Part shown: positions 56,538 through 64,000 of the stretch, one piece after another
How positions within the stretch are numbered: the stretch's first letter is position 1
How the letters are laid out: every line of letters starts with the position of its first letter
Assembly: GCA_001784435.1 (NCBI GenBank)
Contig: MFQZ01000002.1
Coordinates: forward strand, 12,502 to 76,501
Source of the DNA: Candidatus Magasanikbacteria bacterium RIFOXYC2_FULL_42_28
GTDB lineage: Bacteria; Patescibacteriota; Patescibacteriia; Magasanikbacterales; GWA2-37-8
Reading direction: 5' to 3'
DNA length: 64,000 nucleotides
Translations under genes and position numbers: made by a program
The notes under the pieces: generated by a model
Seen by the model: only the letters and a program-made list of their open reading frames with translations
What the model was told of the DNA's origin: nothing
The model's database searches: none

Positions 56538-57035
56538 ATGTTTTTTAGAATTACCAAAATTATTATTTTTTTTACGATTGTCGCAATTTTTGAAATCATC
56601 GGTATTTATCTATACCGCCCGTCTTTGATGATTGACACTTACCGCGGAGACGACGAATCCAGTATTTGGATTACAACCAGATATTTTGATTTTCAGAAAA
56701 AAATTTCTGATACAGATATGTACAAGTTTGACGACATCCAATGGTCGCCAAATGGCAGATATTTTTCTTATTATGATTTTGTGAGATTAGAATGGGCGGA
56801 TAAAGAATGGGCATTAAAAATTGTTGATGCCAGATTTTTTATCACAAAAATATTATTTATCGGCGATTATCATACGGGTTCTTATGATTGGCTCGATGAT
56901 AATACAATAAGAGTTTGCGCCAACGCCGGCAGTGGAGTAAGACAGTGCCGAAATATTGATATACACGAAAAACAGCCGGTGGTCGCGATAGACGATTATG
57001 GCTCTGACGCATGGCAAATGATTAAAACTTTTTGA
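56538..57035 (+). CDS. hypothetical protein with N-terminal TM
   Basis: 165 aa with one TM. Confidence 0.3.
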   Translation: MFFRITKIIIFFTIVAIFEIIGIYLYRPSLMIDTYRGDDESSIWITTRYFDFQKKISDTDMYKFDDIQWSPNGRYFSYYDFVRLEWADKEWALKIVDARFFITKILFIGDYHTGSYDWLDDNTIRVCANAGSGVRQCRNIDIHEKQPVVAIDDYGSDAWQMIKTF

Positions 57036-57045
57036 TTTATTAAAT

Positions 57046-57068
57046 TATGAAACACAAAACCATAAAAT
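57046..57068 (+). repeat. 23-bp direct repeat, copy 2
   Basis: TATGAAACACAAAACCATAAAAT, here starting an intact 31-codon ORF. Confidence 0.7.
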
Positions 57069-57143
57069 CACTTTGGACAGTAGTTGCTATAATTGGAATT
57101 TTGGCGATGCTATTTTTTACGATGTTGCCGATATTTCAGTAAA
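57048..57143 (+). CDS. small hydrophobic peptide (31 aa), not in the ORF track
   Basis: ATG AAA CAC ... CAG TAA translates to MKHKTIKSLWTVVAIIGILAMLFFTMLPIFQ. Its first 21 nt are duplicated at 55018. Confidence 0.3.
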
Positions 57144-57151
57144 CCAGGATG

Positions 57152-57262
57152 AAATGTCAAATTTCCAATTTCCAATGTCAAATCAAATCCAAAATCCTAA
57201 TATCAAATTTGACATTTTGGCTTTGACATTGATTTGAAATTGGATATTTGGATTTTGAAATT
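57152..57262. repeat. AT-rich palindromic element, TTTCCAATTTCC family, copy 4 (inverted orientation relative to 42571-42690)
   Basis: The first 44 nt are identical to the reverse complement of copy 3 (aatgtcaaatttccaatttccaatgtcaaatcaaatccaaaatc). The remainder is about 85% identical. Confidence 0.75.
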
Positions 57263-57268
57263 ATCACT

Positions 57269-57673
57269 ATGCACATCTTGCGCAAATACCAACTAGACAT
57301 CGTTTTCTTATTTTTTGCGCTCACAATTTTACTTTGGGCATTTTTTTATGCGTTGGAATATTTTGGCGTTGATCCGCGCGACTACGAATGGTACGTGGCC
57401 GGGCCATTGTTAATTTTTTATGGCGTTTTTATCTGGCAAATACGCGGTAAAATAAGTATCGCCGACCGACGCGCGCTAACGACCAAATCAATGCTGTATT
57501 GGATCACGCTTGGTGTAATTATGTTCTTAACCTTTGATACACCAGTTTCAGCAATTGACTTCTGGAGCGTGCGGGTATTTTTCATAATTTTCACTTTACT
57601 GTTAGCAGATTCTTATTGGGATTTTAAAAAAATAAGTATTAGGTGTTTGGCAAGGGAAAAAAATAAATGCTAA
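57269..57673 (+). CDS. hypothetical membrane protein
   Basis: Four TM segments. The ORF-table start at 57248 lies within the repeat, so I use the internal Met (MHILRKY). Confidence 0.3.
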   Translation: MHILRKYQLDIVFLFFALTILLWAFFYALEYFGVDPRDYEWYVAGPLLIFYGVFIWQIRGKISIADRRALTTKSMLYWITLGVIMFLTFDTPVSAIDFWSVRVFFIIFTLLLADSYWDFKKISIRCLAREKNKC

Positions 57674-57677
57674 TTCT

Positions 57678-57800
57678 GTCAAATTCTAAACACTAAACTC
57701 TAAATCCTAAACAAATACCAATTTCAAAATCCAAATTAATTTTTATATATTTGAATTTAGAGTTTGTTTAGAATTTAGTATTTAGAATTTAGAGCTTAAA
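57678..57800. repeat. AT-rich palindromic element, CTAAAT/ATTTAG word family, copy 2
   Basis: caaattctaaacactaaactctaaatcctaaac...gaatttagagtttgtttagaatttagtatttagaatttagagc. Confidence 0.65.
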
Positions 57801-57810
57801 AAATTCACCT

Positions 57811-59592
57811 ATGAAGCAGTGGAATATACTACCGACACCGAGCCCGGAATTTTTAACTTCTCACCCGGAATTACCAAATATTATCGCGCGCTTACTTTGG
57901 AACCGCGGATTACAAACTCAAATTCAAATTGATGAATTTTTAAATCCGGATTATTTGGGCGATTTACACGACCCGGCTTTATTTCGCGACATGGAAAAAG
58001 CCGTGGATATTTTGTTTGACGCAATTAAAACCGACAAACGAATTGTCGTGCACGGCGACTATGACGCCGACGGTGTGTGCGCGGCGGCGATACTCGTCAA
58101 TACTTTAAAAAAATTAGGACACAAAAATGTCGGCGTATTTTTGCCCCACCGCGAAACCGATGGTTATGGCTTAAATTTAAATACGGTAAAATATCTGGCC
58201 GAACAAAAAACTGATATTATTATTACCTGCGACTGCGGTATTAGCAATGTCGCCGAAATTACCGCGGCCAAAACGGCCGGTATGAAAGTGATAGTCACCG
58301 ACCATCATACTATCCCACCGACACTTCCGCCCGCTGACGCGATTATTCATCCGCTCATAGAAGGGGAAACTTATCCGGACAAAGGCCTATCGGGCGGAGG
58401 CGTGGCTTTTAAATTAATGCAAGCACTTTTGAATCGTCATCATTTGGAAAATGAATTTTTGCCAGACGGTAAAACCCACGAATCATTTGAAAAATGGCAA
58501 TTGGATTTGGCGGCTATTTCCACGGTTGGCGATATGGTGCCATTAATTGGCGAATCCCGCACCATTGTGCGTTACGGCCTAACCGTGTTAAACAAAACCC
58601 GCAATTTGGGATTACAAAAATTATTACGCGTTATCGGCATTCACGACGAGAACGGCGAACCAAAACGTGGCACGATCACGGCCGAAACATTATCGTTCCA
58701 AATCGTCCCACGCATTAATGCCGCTGGCCGGATGGATCACGCTAATACCGCTTTCCAATTATTAACCGCCGAAACCGAAGCGGAAGCCAAAAAATTAGCC
58801 GAACTGTTAAATCAAAATAATTTAGACCGCCAAAAATTAACCGAAACGATTGTAACAGCGGCACGGGCACAAATCAAAGCCAATTCCCTCCCCGCCGACC
58901 CGGTGTTATTTGCTTACGACGAAAAGTGGATTACTGGCATTTTGGGTTTGATCGCTGGAAAAATTAAAGACGAATTTAATAAACCAACCATCATCATGGG
59001 AAAAAATAGTGGCGAAATTACTGGCTCGGGTCGCAGTATTCCGGAATTTAGTTTAATCGGGGCACTCCAAAAAATGCCGGAACATTTTCATAAATTCGGT
59101 GGCCACCCGATGGCTTGCGGTTTTTCTTTGAAATCAGAGGACGGGTTAGAAAATTTTAAAAAGGACTTGATAAAGTTGGCAAATGAGACAATCGCGGACG
59201 CTAATAAATTAGTACCGACAATAATTGTGGACGCGGAAGTAAATTTGGAAGATATCCACTGGGAATTATACGATTTATTACAAAAATTTGAACCATTTGG
59301 CCAAAAAAATGAAGAGCCAAAATATCTGGCACGCGGTTTAACTATTGTAAGCGTTGACCCGCTCGGCCAAACCGGCAAACATTTACGTCTGATGGTCAAG
59401 CACAACAATCAAACTGTTCGCAAAACTATCGCCTTTGGCCTAGGCGATATTAATAAGCATCCGGACGATTGGAAGGTGAATTTAAAACCAAATGATAAAG
59501 TGGATTTGGTGTTTACGGTGGGAGTAAACGAATGGAACGGCAATCGTGAGCTGGAATTAAAAATAATTGATATTAAAAAATCCCCCGACTAA
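57811..59592 (+). CDS. recJ: single-stranded-DNA-specific exonuclease RecJ
   Basis: DHH motifs (VVHGDYDADGVCAAAIL, DHH at TDHHT) and a DHHA1 region with GGHPMACGFSL. Confidence 0.85.
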   Translation: MKQWNILPTPSPEFLTSHPELPNIIARLLWNRGLQTQIQIDEFLNPDYLGDLHDPALFRDMEKAVDILFDAIKTDKRIVVHGDYDADGVCAAAILVNTLKKLGHKNVGVFLPHRETDGYGLNLNTVKYLAEQKTDIIITCDCGISNVAEITAAKTAGMKVIVTDHHTIPPTLPPADAIIHPLIEGETYPDKGLSGGGVAFKLMQALLNRHHLENEFLPDGKTHESFEKWQLDLAAISTVGDMVPLIGESRTIVRYGLTVLNKTRNLGLQKLLRVIGIHDENGEPKRGTITAETLSFQIVPRINAAGRMDHANTAFQLLTAETEAEAKKLAELLNQNNLDRQKLTETIVTAARAQIKANSLPADPVLFAYDEKWITGILGLIAGKIKDEFNKPTIIMGKNSGEITGSGRSIPEFSLIGALQKMPEHFHKFGGHPMACGFSLKSEDGLENFKKDLIKLANETIADANKLVPTIIVDAEVNLEDIHWELYDLLQKFEPFGQKNEEPKYLARGLTIVSVDPLGQTGKHLRLMVKHNNQTVRKTIAFGLGDINKHPDDWKVNLKPNDKVDLVFTVGVNEWNGNRELELKIIDIKKSPD

Positions 59593-59601
59593 GTCGGGGG
59601 A
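59581..59601. terminator. bidirectional rho-independent terminator, CCCGACTAAGTCGGG family
   Basis: aaaaaaTCCCCCGACTAAGTCGGGGGAttttttg, between convergent recJ and 59616-59924. Confidence 0.7.
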
Positions 59602-59615
59602 TTTTTTGCAATTAT

Positions 59616-59924
59616 TTAACCACGGACTTCTTTTTCCAACTGCGCCCATTTCTTTTTCAAACGACGAACCAAAATCATTTTCACATCATCGGCCAATTCT
59701 TTTTTAGCGCCATATTCTTCTACCGCCCGCTCGACGAGGGCATTATACATTTCTTTGGTCGGGCCATCTAACTGCTTAATACTTACCTTCAACTCGTTAT
59801 ACAGTGGCTCCAAATGCGCCAATAATTTCGCGCGCATTTCTTTGCCTTTCGGGGTGGCGTTAAGCCACATCGCGGCGGCGCCAACTAAACCACCAAACAA
59901 CAGTCCGCGTTTGAAATTACCCAT
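59616..59924 (-). CDS. YtxH-like small protein (tentative)
   Basis: N-terminal GLLFGGLVGAAA glycine zipper followed by an amphipathic helical region. Confidence 0.3.
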   Translation of the reverse strand: MGNFKRGLLFGGLVGAAAMWLNATPKGKEMRAKLLAHLEPLYNELKVSIKQLDGPTKEMYNALVERAVEEYGAKKELADDVKMILVRRLKKKWAQLEKEVRG

Positions 59925-59951
59925 ATAATTGAAATTAATTTATTGAGCTAT

Positions 59952-60806
59952 TTACACTCCACAATCAACCGGCGCGTCTTGGCCGGAAGAACTAACCCAA
60001 CCAAACCCGGATTGAAAGCCAATATTGGGCAGGGCTTCATCACATTCAGACGGTGGATTTTCAAACCCGGCACAAATCGCCTGTTTGACCGCTTCCGGTG
60101 TACGCGATACCTGGGCTTCTACGCCATTTATTATCAAAGTCGGCGAGCCCTGCACTCCATATTTTTGCGCTAACTCGGTATGGATCGGATAAATTGGATA
60201 ATTACCAGATAACCAAGAAGCCTTATCATCAAATTTGGCGGTAATACCAAATTGTTTATCAGCCGAAGCCATACAGGTGTTAACCTTACTTTCGGAAATT
60301 TTCGCTTCTTTCAAGCAAGCGGCTGAGTCATCTTTACCGGAAAAACACTGCAAGTACGAAATCAATTCTTCTTCAGAGTGGGTTTCGCCAACACAATACT
60401 GGCGAGTATTTTCATCGATTTCTTTTTTACCATGCATGGCGTAATCCACATATTTTACAGAAATATCCGCCTCATTTCGGAGCAATCCCCAAGCCGGTAA
60501 ATAGGCCTTTTGCATTTGCAAACCATAAGGGCAATATGACATTACAAACAATTCCACGACCGGTTTTTTGGTTTTAGGAACGGTTGGTGGTGGCGGTAAG
60601 GGTTGACCGGCAGTATCTTGGGCCGTAGCGATAGCGGCGTTATAACCCGCCGACCCTGAACCACCCAAACTTACTTTACCTCCGAAGACCAAACCCAACA
60701 TTATAAAAAATCCCAAAGTACACAAAACTAACAGCCCGCCTACTCCCCCTAAAATTAAGGCGCTTTTAGAATCCAAAAGCGCAAAAAATGATTTTTTTTC
60801 TTCCAT
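59952..60806 (-). CDS. membrane-anchored DsbA/thioredoxin-fold protein with degenerate CPYG active-site motif
   Basis: N-terminal TM, a Pro-rich linker and FVMSYCPYG, which is CxxG rather than CxxC. The C-terminal GVQGSPTLIING is DsbA-like. Confidence 0.5.
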   Translation of the reverse strand: MEEKKSFFALLDSKSALILGGVGGLLVLCTLGFFIMLGLVFGGKVSLGGSGSAGYNAAIATAQDTAGQPLPPPPTVPKTKKPVVELFVMSYCPYGLQMQKAYLPAWGLLRNEADISVKYVDYAMHGKKEIDENTRQYCVGETHSEEELISYLQCFSGKDDSAACLKEAKISESKVNTCMASADKQFGITAKFDDKASWLSGNYPIYPIHTELAQKYGVQGSPTLIINGVEAQVSRTPEAVKQAICAGFENPPSECDEALPNIGFQSGFGWVSSSGQDAPVDCGV

Positions 60807-60857
60807 AGAAAAATTAAATTAATAAATGTTTAAAACTTAAAAAAGAAATTAATACAG

Positions 60858-61484
60858 TTAATCCCCCACTAATTCATTATACATTATAATCAAATTCTCC
60901 GCAACCGTTTCAGGCGAAAGGGGGTGTGGATAATCCGGATTGGTGGTTTTGTCAAGGCCAAGCATATATACTTTACTGCCAAATTTGGTGGTTTGTTCCC
61001 GAGTGGCGGCTTTGGGCTCAATCAACAAAATCGCATCTGCTAAAGTAAAAAATTCTGGTAGATAATAGCGATTATAAAAATAAATATAAACTGAAATCAA
61101 GTCAACAAACTTTACCGGCCGATGGTGAGTGACGACCAAATGAGCATTAGGCCGTGATTTGATAAATTTAAATATCTCACCACCGCCACCTAAAAACGGC
61201 GTGTGGAGATGAATTATTTCCGGTTCTTTACGAGTAATCTTGGTAGCCATTATTTTAGTCATGGCTTGAACCGACGCGGTTTTTTCATAATTGCGCGAAG
61301 GCGCGACCGTGGCCACCTCTTCTCGAACAGTGATAGGCGGTTTGCCGCCATATTGCAAAGTAAACACATCAACCTCAACTCCCAAATTATTTAATGCTTC
61401 CACCCACGAAAACGCGCGATCGCGAATATCATCGAAATATTCAAAGGCCGATGGAATGATATGGGTAAGTTTCATACAACGCAT
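60858..61484 (-). CDS. glycosyltransferase N-terminal (GT4-like) domain-only protein
   Basis: 208 aa resembling the N-half of GT-B enzymes (IIHLHTPF). It overlaps the upstream full-length GT4 gene by 13 nt. Confidence 0.35.
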   Translation of the reverse strand: MRCMKLTHIIPSAFEYFDDIRDRAFSWVEALNNLGVEVDVFTLQYGGKPPITVREEVATVAPSRNYEKTASVQAMTKIMATKITRKEPEIIHLHTPFLGGGGEIFKFIKSRPNAHLVVTHHRPVKFVDLISVYIYFYNRYYLPEFFTLADAILLIEPKAATREQTTKFGSKVYMLGLDKTTNPDYPHPLSPETVAENLIIMYNELVGD

Positions 61485-62617
61485 TGGTAAAACTTTTCTA
61501 ATTTATTCACAATTTTTTCCCAAGAATAATCCGTTGACCAAACGTGGGCGCGCTCGCCAATACTTTTTGCTTGTTCAGGATTGTCTAATAATTTTTTAAT
61601 TTTTTCAGACAAATCTTGACTGTCACCGGGTTTAAATAAAAATTCATTACCAAAATTATTAAAAATAGCTTGTAAGCTTGACAAGTCGCTGGCCACCGTC
61701 GGCTTGGCGCAAGCTGATGCTTCCAAAAGCACCATCGGCAATGATTCGGATAATGACGGAATGATAAGTGCCGTGCTTAAATTATATAATTGCGCCAATT
61801 TCGCTGGTGATTTACGGCCTAAAAATCGGACACTATCAGACACCCCTAAATCTTGAGCTAAGTTTTCGTATCCCGACCGTAATTCCCCCTCCCCGACCAT
61901 AAACAAAAAAACATTATTATAAATTGCCTGTTTTTTTAAAATTGCCCAGGCGCGCAATAAAACCTCCGCACCTTTATAAAAATACGCCTTACTCATGCCG
62001 GCCACAAACAATAAAACCCGCGCGTTTTCCGGCAAATTATACTTACTAAATTCCCCGCCAACGGAATGCGGTTTAAAAATATCCAAATCCACGCCATTGG
62101 GCAGAATTGAGTAATTAATTTTTTTAGCAACTACTAAATTTTTTATCGCGCTTTCGTCCGGTTGATCGGGACGCAAAAATAAAACTTGGTCGCAGACAGA
62201 AACTAAACGCGGGGTAATATGACGACCATACCAACTAAAAAATCTACCCAGTAGTCCCCCATTTATCACCGGATCGTTATGATAATGTAAGATTACTTTT
62301 GCCTTAATTTTTTTACGAAACAACCAAATTAATTCCGCCACGCCAAAAAACGGATAATGGAGATGAACAATATCAAAGTTTTTTAATTCACTAATTATCC
62401 CCGGCAAAAAAGCGGCGTTACCATAACTAAACAACGGTTTTAAAGGTTTTATTTTGAAAGGTAATTCCGGTGACGCGCCCAACTCAAGGTGATAATCCGG
62501 CGTAATCACTGTCACATCGTGCCCGCGCTCATGTAAATTACACGCCAAATAATACGCCACGCTCGTCATGCCACTTTGATAAGGTAAAAATGTACAGACC
62601 ACTTGAGCAATTTTCAT
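61472..62617 (-). CDS. glycosyltransferase family 4 (GT-B fold)
   Basis: The N-terminal Glyco_trans_4-like region plus the C-terminal ESLPMVLLEASACAKPTVASD (E-x7-E-type motif). Confidence 0.8.
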   Translation of the reverse strand: MKIAQVVCTFLPYQSGMTSVAYYLACNLHERGHDVTVITPDYHLELGASPELPFKIKPLKPLFSYGNAAFLPGIISELKNFDIVHLHYPFFGVAELIWLFRKKIKAKVILHYHNDPVINGGLLGRFFSWYGRHITPRLVSVCDQVLFLRPDQPDESAIKNLVVAKKINYSILPNGVDLDIFKPHSVGGEFSKYNLPENARVLLFVAGMSKAYFYKGAEVLLRAWAILKKQAIYNNVFLFMVGEGELRSGYENLAQDLGVSDSVRFLGRKSPAKLAQLYNLSTALIIPSLSESLPMVLLEASACAKPTVASDLSSLQAIFNNFGNEFLFKPGDSQDLSEKIKKLLDNPEQAKSIGERAHVWSTDYSWEKIVNKLEKFYQCVV

Positions 62618-62681
62618 TTGATACGGAATATGTATTTAAATATATATTCAAGTATATACTTGAATATATACTTTTTAAAAA

Positions 62682-63014
62682 CTATTTATTTTTATCAGCG
62701 CGCAAACCTAACGCGCGCGTCAAAATCGTAATCTCGCGTTTCATTTTCTCCATTCGCACATTTAATCTAAACAATAAATAAAACATTAGCGCCAACGCCA
62801 AATACACCACCAAATCCGCGCCCCGCCCCACGCCGAATAATTTTGCCAACGCCGAAGCACTGTCAGGCAAAATCGCCACCACCATTACTAAAAACCAAAA
62901 CAACGACCAACCCGCCAATTCCAACGCGGACAATTGCGCGACGCGAAATTTTTGAATAGTTTTAAAAATGGCGAATACAGAAAAGGCAACAAGTAAAATT
63001 TGGATTAGGTACAT
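62682..63014 (-). CDS. DUF2304-like small membrane protein
   Basis: 110 aa with three TM segments, adjacent to a GT2 gene as is typical for this family. Confidence 0.35.
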   Translation of the reverse strand: MYLIQILLVAFSVFAIFKTIQKFRVAQLSALELAGWSLFWFLVMVVAILPDSASALAKLFGVGRGADLVVYLALALMFYLLFRLNVRMEKMKREITILTRALGLRADKNK

Positions 63015-63019
63015 ATTTT

Positions 63020-63685
63020 TTATTTAACAAATAAACTAATCAACCAATCAAAAATAATTTTAACCCCCCCGCCGGTTCCTTGGCCAAATTCGTGGTAAAC
63101 AACTTTCACGGGATATTCGGCAAAAGGCAATTTTAATTTTTTAATTTGGCGCAAAATATCGGAATTGTGCGCCATGCCGTCTTGAGTGATGACAATTTTT
63201 TCCGTTGCCAAGGGCGTCAAAACCCGAAAACCGTTATGAACATCAGTCAACCAAACTCCGGTCATTAAAAAATTTACCACCCGACCAATCGGAATTATAA
63301 AATATTTTTTAAGTCCGGGAATTAATGAGCGATTGTCTAAAATTTTTGATCCCAATACAACATCCAAACTATTATTTTGCAACAATTCTACCGCCCCTTT
63401 AATATCGCCCGCGTCAAATTGATCATCGCCGTCAAAATGCACGATAATTTCCGCGCTCTGCGCCCAGGCATATTCATTGCCGGTTTGCAAAGCCGCGCCC
63501 TGTCCGCGATTTATTTCGTGTCGTACCAAATTCACACCTTCAGCCCGCGCCACCTCCGCCGTATTATCACTTGACCCATCATCAACCACCACCACATTTT
63601 TCCACCCATGTTCAAAAAGGCCGCGAATAACGCGACCAATTCGCTCGGCTTCGTTGTGAGCGGGAATAATAACCCAAACTAACAT
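63020..63685 (-). CDS. glycosyltransferase family 2 (dolichyl-phosphate mannose synthase-like)
   Basis: VIIPAHNEAERIG...VVVVDDGSSDNT DxD-type GT-A motifs. The start is placed at the internal Met (MLVWVII). Confidence 0.8.
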   Translation of the reverse strand: MLVWVIIPAHNEAERIGRVIRGLFEHGWKNVVVVDDGSSDNTAEVARAEGVNLVRHEINRGQGAALQTGNEYAWAQSAEIIVHFDGDDQFDAGDIKGAVELLQNNSLDVVLGSKILDNRSLIPGLKKYFIIPIGRVVNFLMTGVWLTDVHNGFRVLTPLATEKIVITQDGMAHNSDILRQIKKLKLPFAEYPVKVVYHEFGQGTGGGVKIIFDWLISLFVK

Positions 63686-63689
63686 AAAA

Positions 63690-64000
63690 TTACCTTTTGC
63701 GATCAAACAACAGCGCCTCCTTATTAGCCATAGTATAATCAATCGTGCTTTGCAAACCATCTTCCAAGCGCGTCAAAGGCATCCAATCCAAAACATCTTT
63801 CGCGTAAGCCAAATCCGGCAAACCTTTTTTAGTGGCGAATAAAAGCGCCGGCTCAAAGGCCACAGTAGACGACGAACCAGTCAGGTTGATAATTTTTTGC
63901 GCGACTTCAATAATCCGATGATTGGTGTCCCCGCCCAAATTAATGAGCCAGACATCCGGTGGCGCGGACATCAAGCGCACCAAACCGTCAATCATATCAT
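63690..64000 (-). CDS. NAD-dependent sugar epimerase/dehydratase (SDR, UDP-sugar 4-epimerase-like), C-terminal fragment running off the window
   Basis: The C-terminal segment resembles the GalE/UDP-glucuronate decarboxylase family. The N-terminus lies beyond the window edge. Confidence 0.5.
   Translation of the reverse strand, partial: DMIDGLVRLMSAPPDVWLINLGGDTNHRIIEVAQKIINLTGSSSTVAFEPALLFATKKGLPDLAYAKDVLDWMPLTRLEDGLQSTIDYTMANKEALLFDRKR

Noticed and set aside
1715-57800. Possibility that the AT-rich repeats are a CRISPR array
   Set aside because: The units are long imperfect palindromes occurring singly in separate spacers. They are not short direct repeats with regular unique spacers. No cas genes.
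1-64000. rRNA genes, transposases, integrases, toxin-antitoxin pairs
   Set aside because: No sequence with rRNA-like conservation, no DDE or tyrosine/serine recombinase motifs, and no small adjacent TA-like pairs were recognised on manual reading.

Overview
This is a 64 kb AT-rich, gene-dense bacterial chromosome segment. The gene content is consistent with a small-genome CPR/Patescibacteria-like organism, but that is inference; no database search was possible. Almost everything from 25 to 39037 is on the minus strand. Housekeeping genes that can be called from motifs are ftsE/ftsX, cyclophilin and parvulin PPIases, a Mur ligase, mntP, dnaB-ybaB-recR, rplU, a MraY/WecA-type transferase, a membrane-anchored ClpC-like ATPase, mraZ-rsmH-ftsL, a beta-CASP RNase, murJ, lepA, recJ and a glycosyltransferase cluster. 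There are three canonical tRNAs: Thr-CGT, Gly-CCC and Lys-TTT.

The main finding is a ~22.6 kb single-strand cluster at 9676-32314. It holds 11 divergent paralogs, each about 390 aa of a shared helical N-domain fused to a C-terminal PEP-utilizing phosphohistidine swivel domain. A single stand-alone PPDK_N ATP-grasp gene sits at the promoter-distal end. Interspersed are two histidine-phosphatase paralogs, two HAD-like proteins, a Doc/Fic-type protein and an unknown 409 aa protein. No PEP-utilizers TIM-barrel domain occurs anywhere in the window. I read this as a split, multi-specificity phosphotransferase battery resembling rifampin phosphotransferase.

Second, the window carries several families of structured repeats.

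- A GC-rich palindromic element with consensus GACAGAGATCCCGA-loop-TCGGGATGACA. Its stem shows compensatory covariation. It occurs intergenically and also as in-frame insertions inside two protein-coding genes, read in different frames, which is analogous to Rickettsia RPEs.
- At least four word families of long AT-rich imperfect palindromes in intergenic spacers (TTTCCAATTTCC, CCAATAG, CTAAAT and GAAAAT).
- A terminator family sharing the core CCCGACTAAGTCGGG.

Third, an 89-nt tRNA-like RNA gene has an encoded CCA, its own extended -10 promoter and a terminator, but does not fold as a canonical cloverleaf. It lies inside a ~2 kb segment flanked by exact 23-bp direct repeats, which also holds a SleB-type cell-wall hydrolase.

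No rRNA, CRISPR array, transposase or integrase was recognised.
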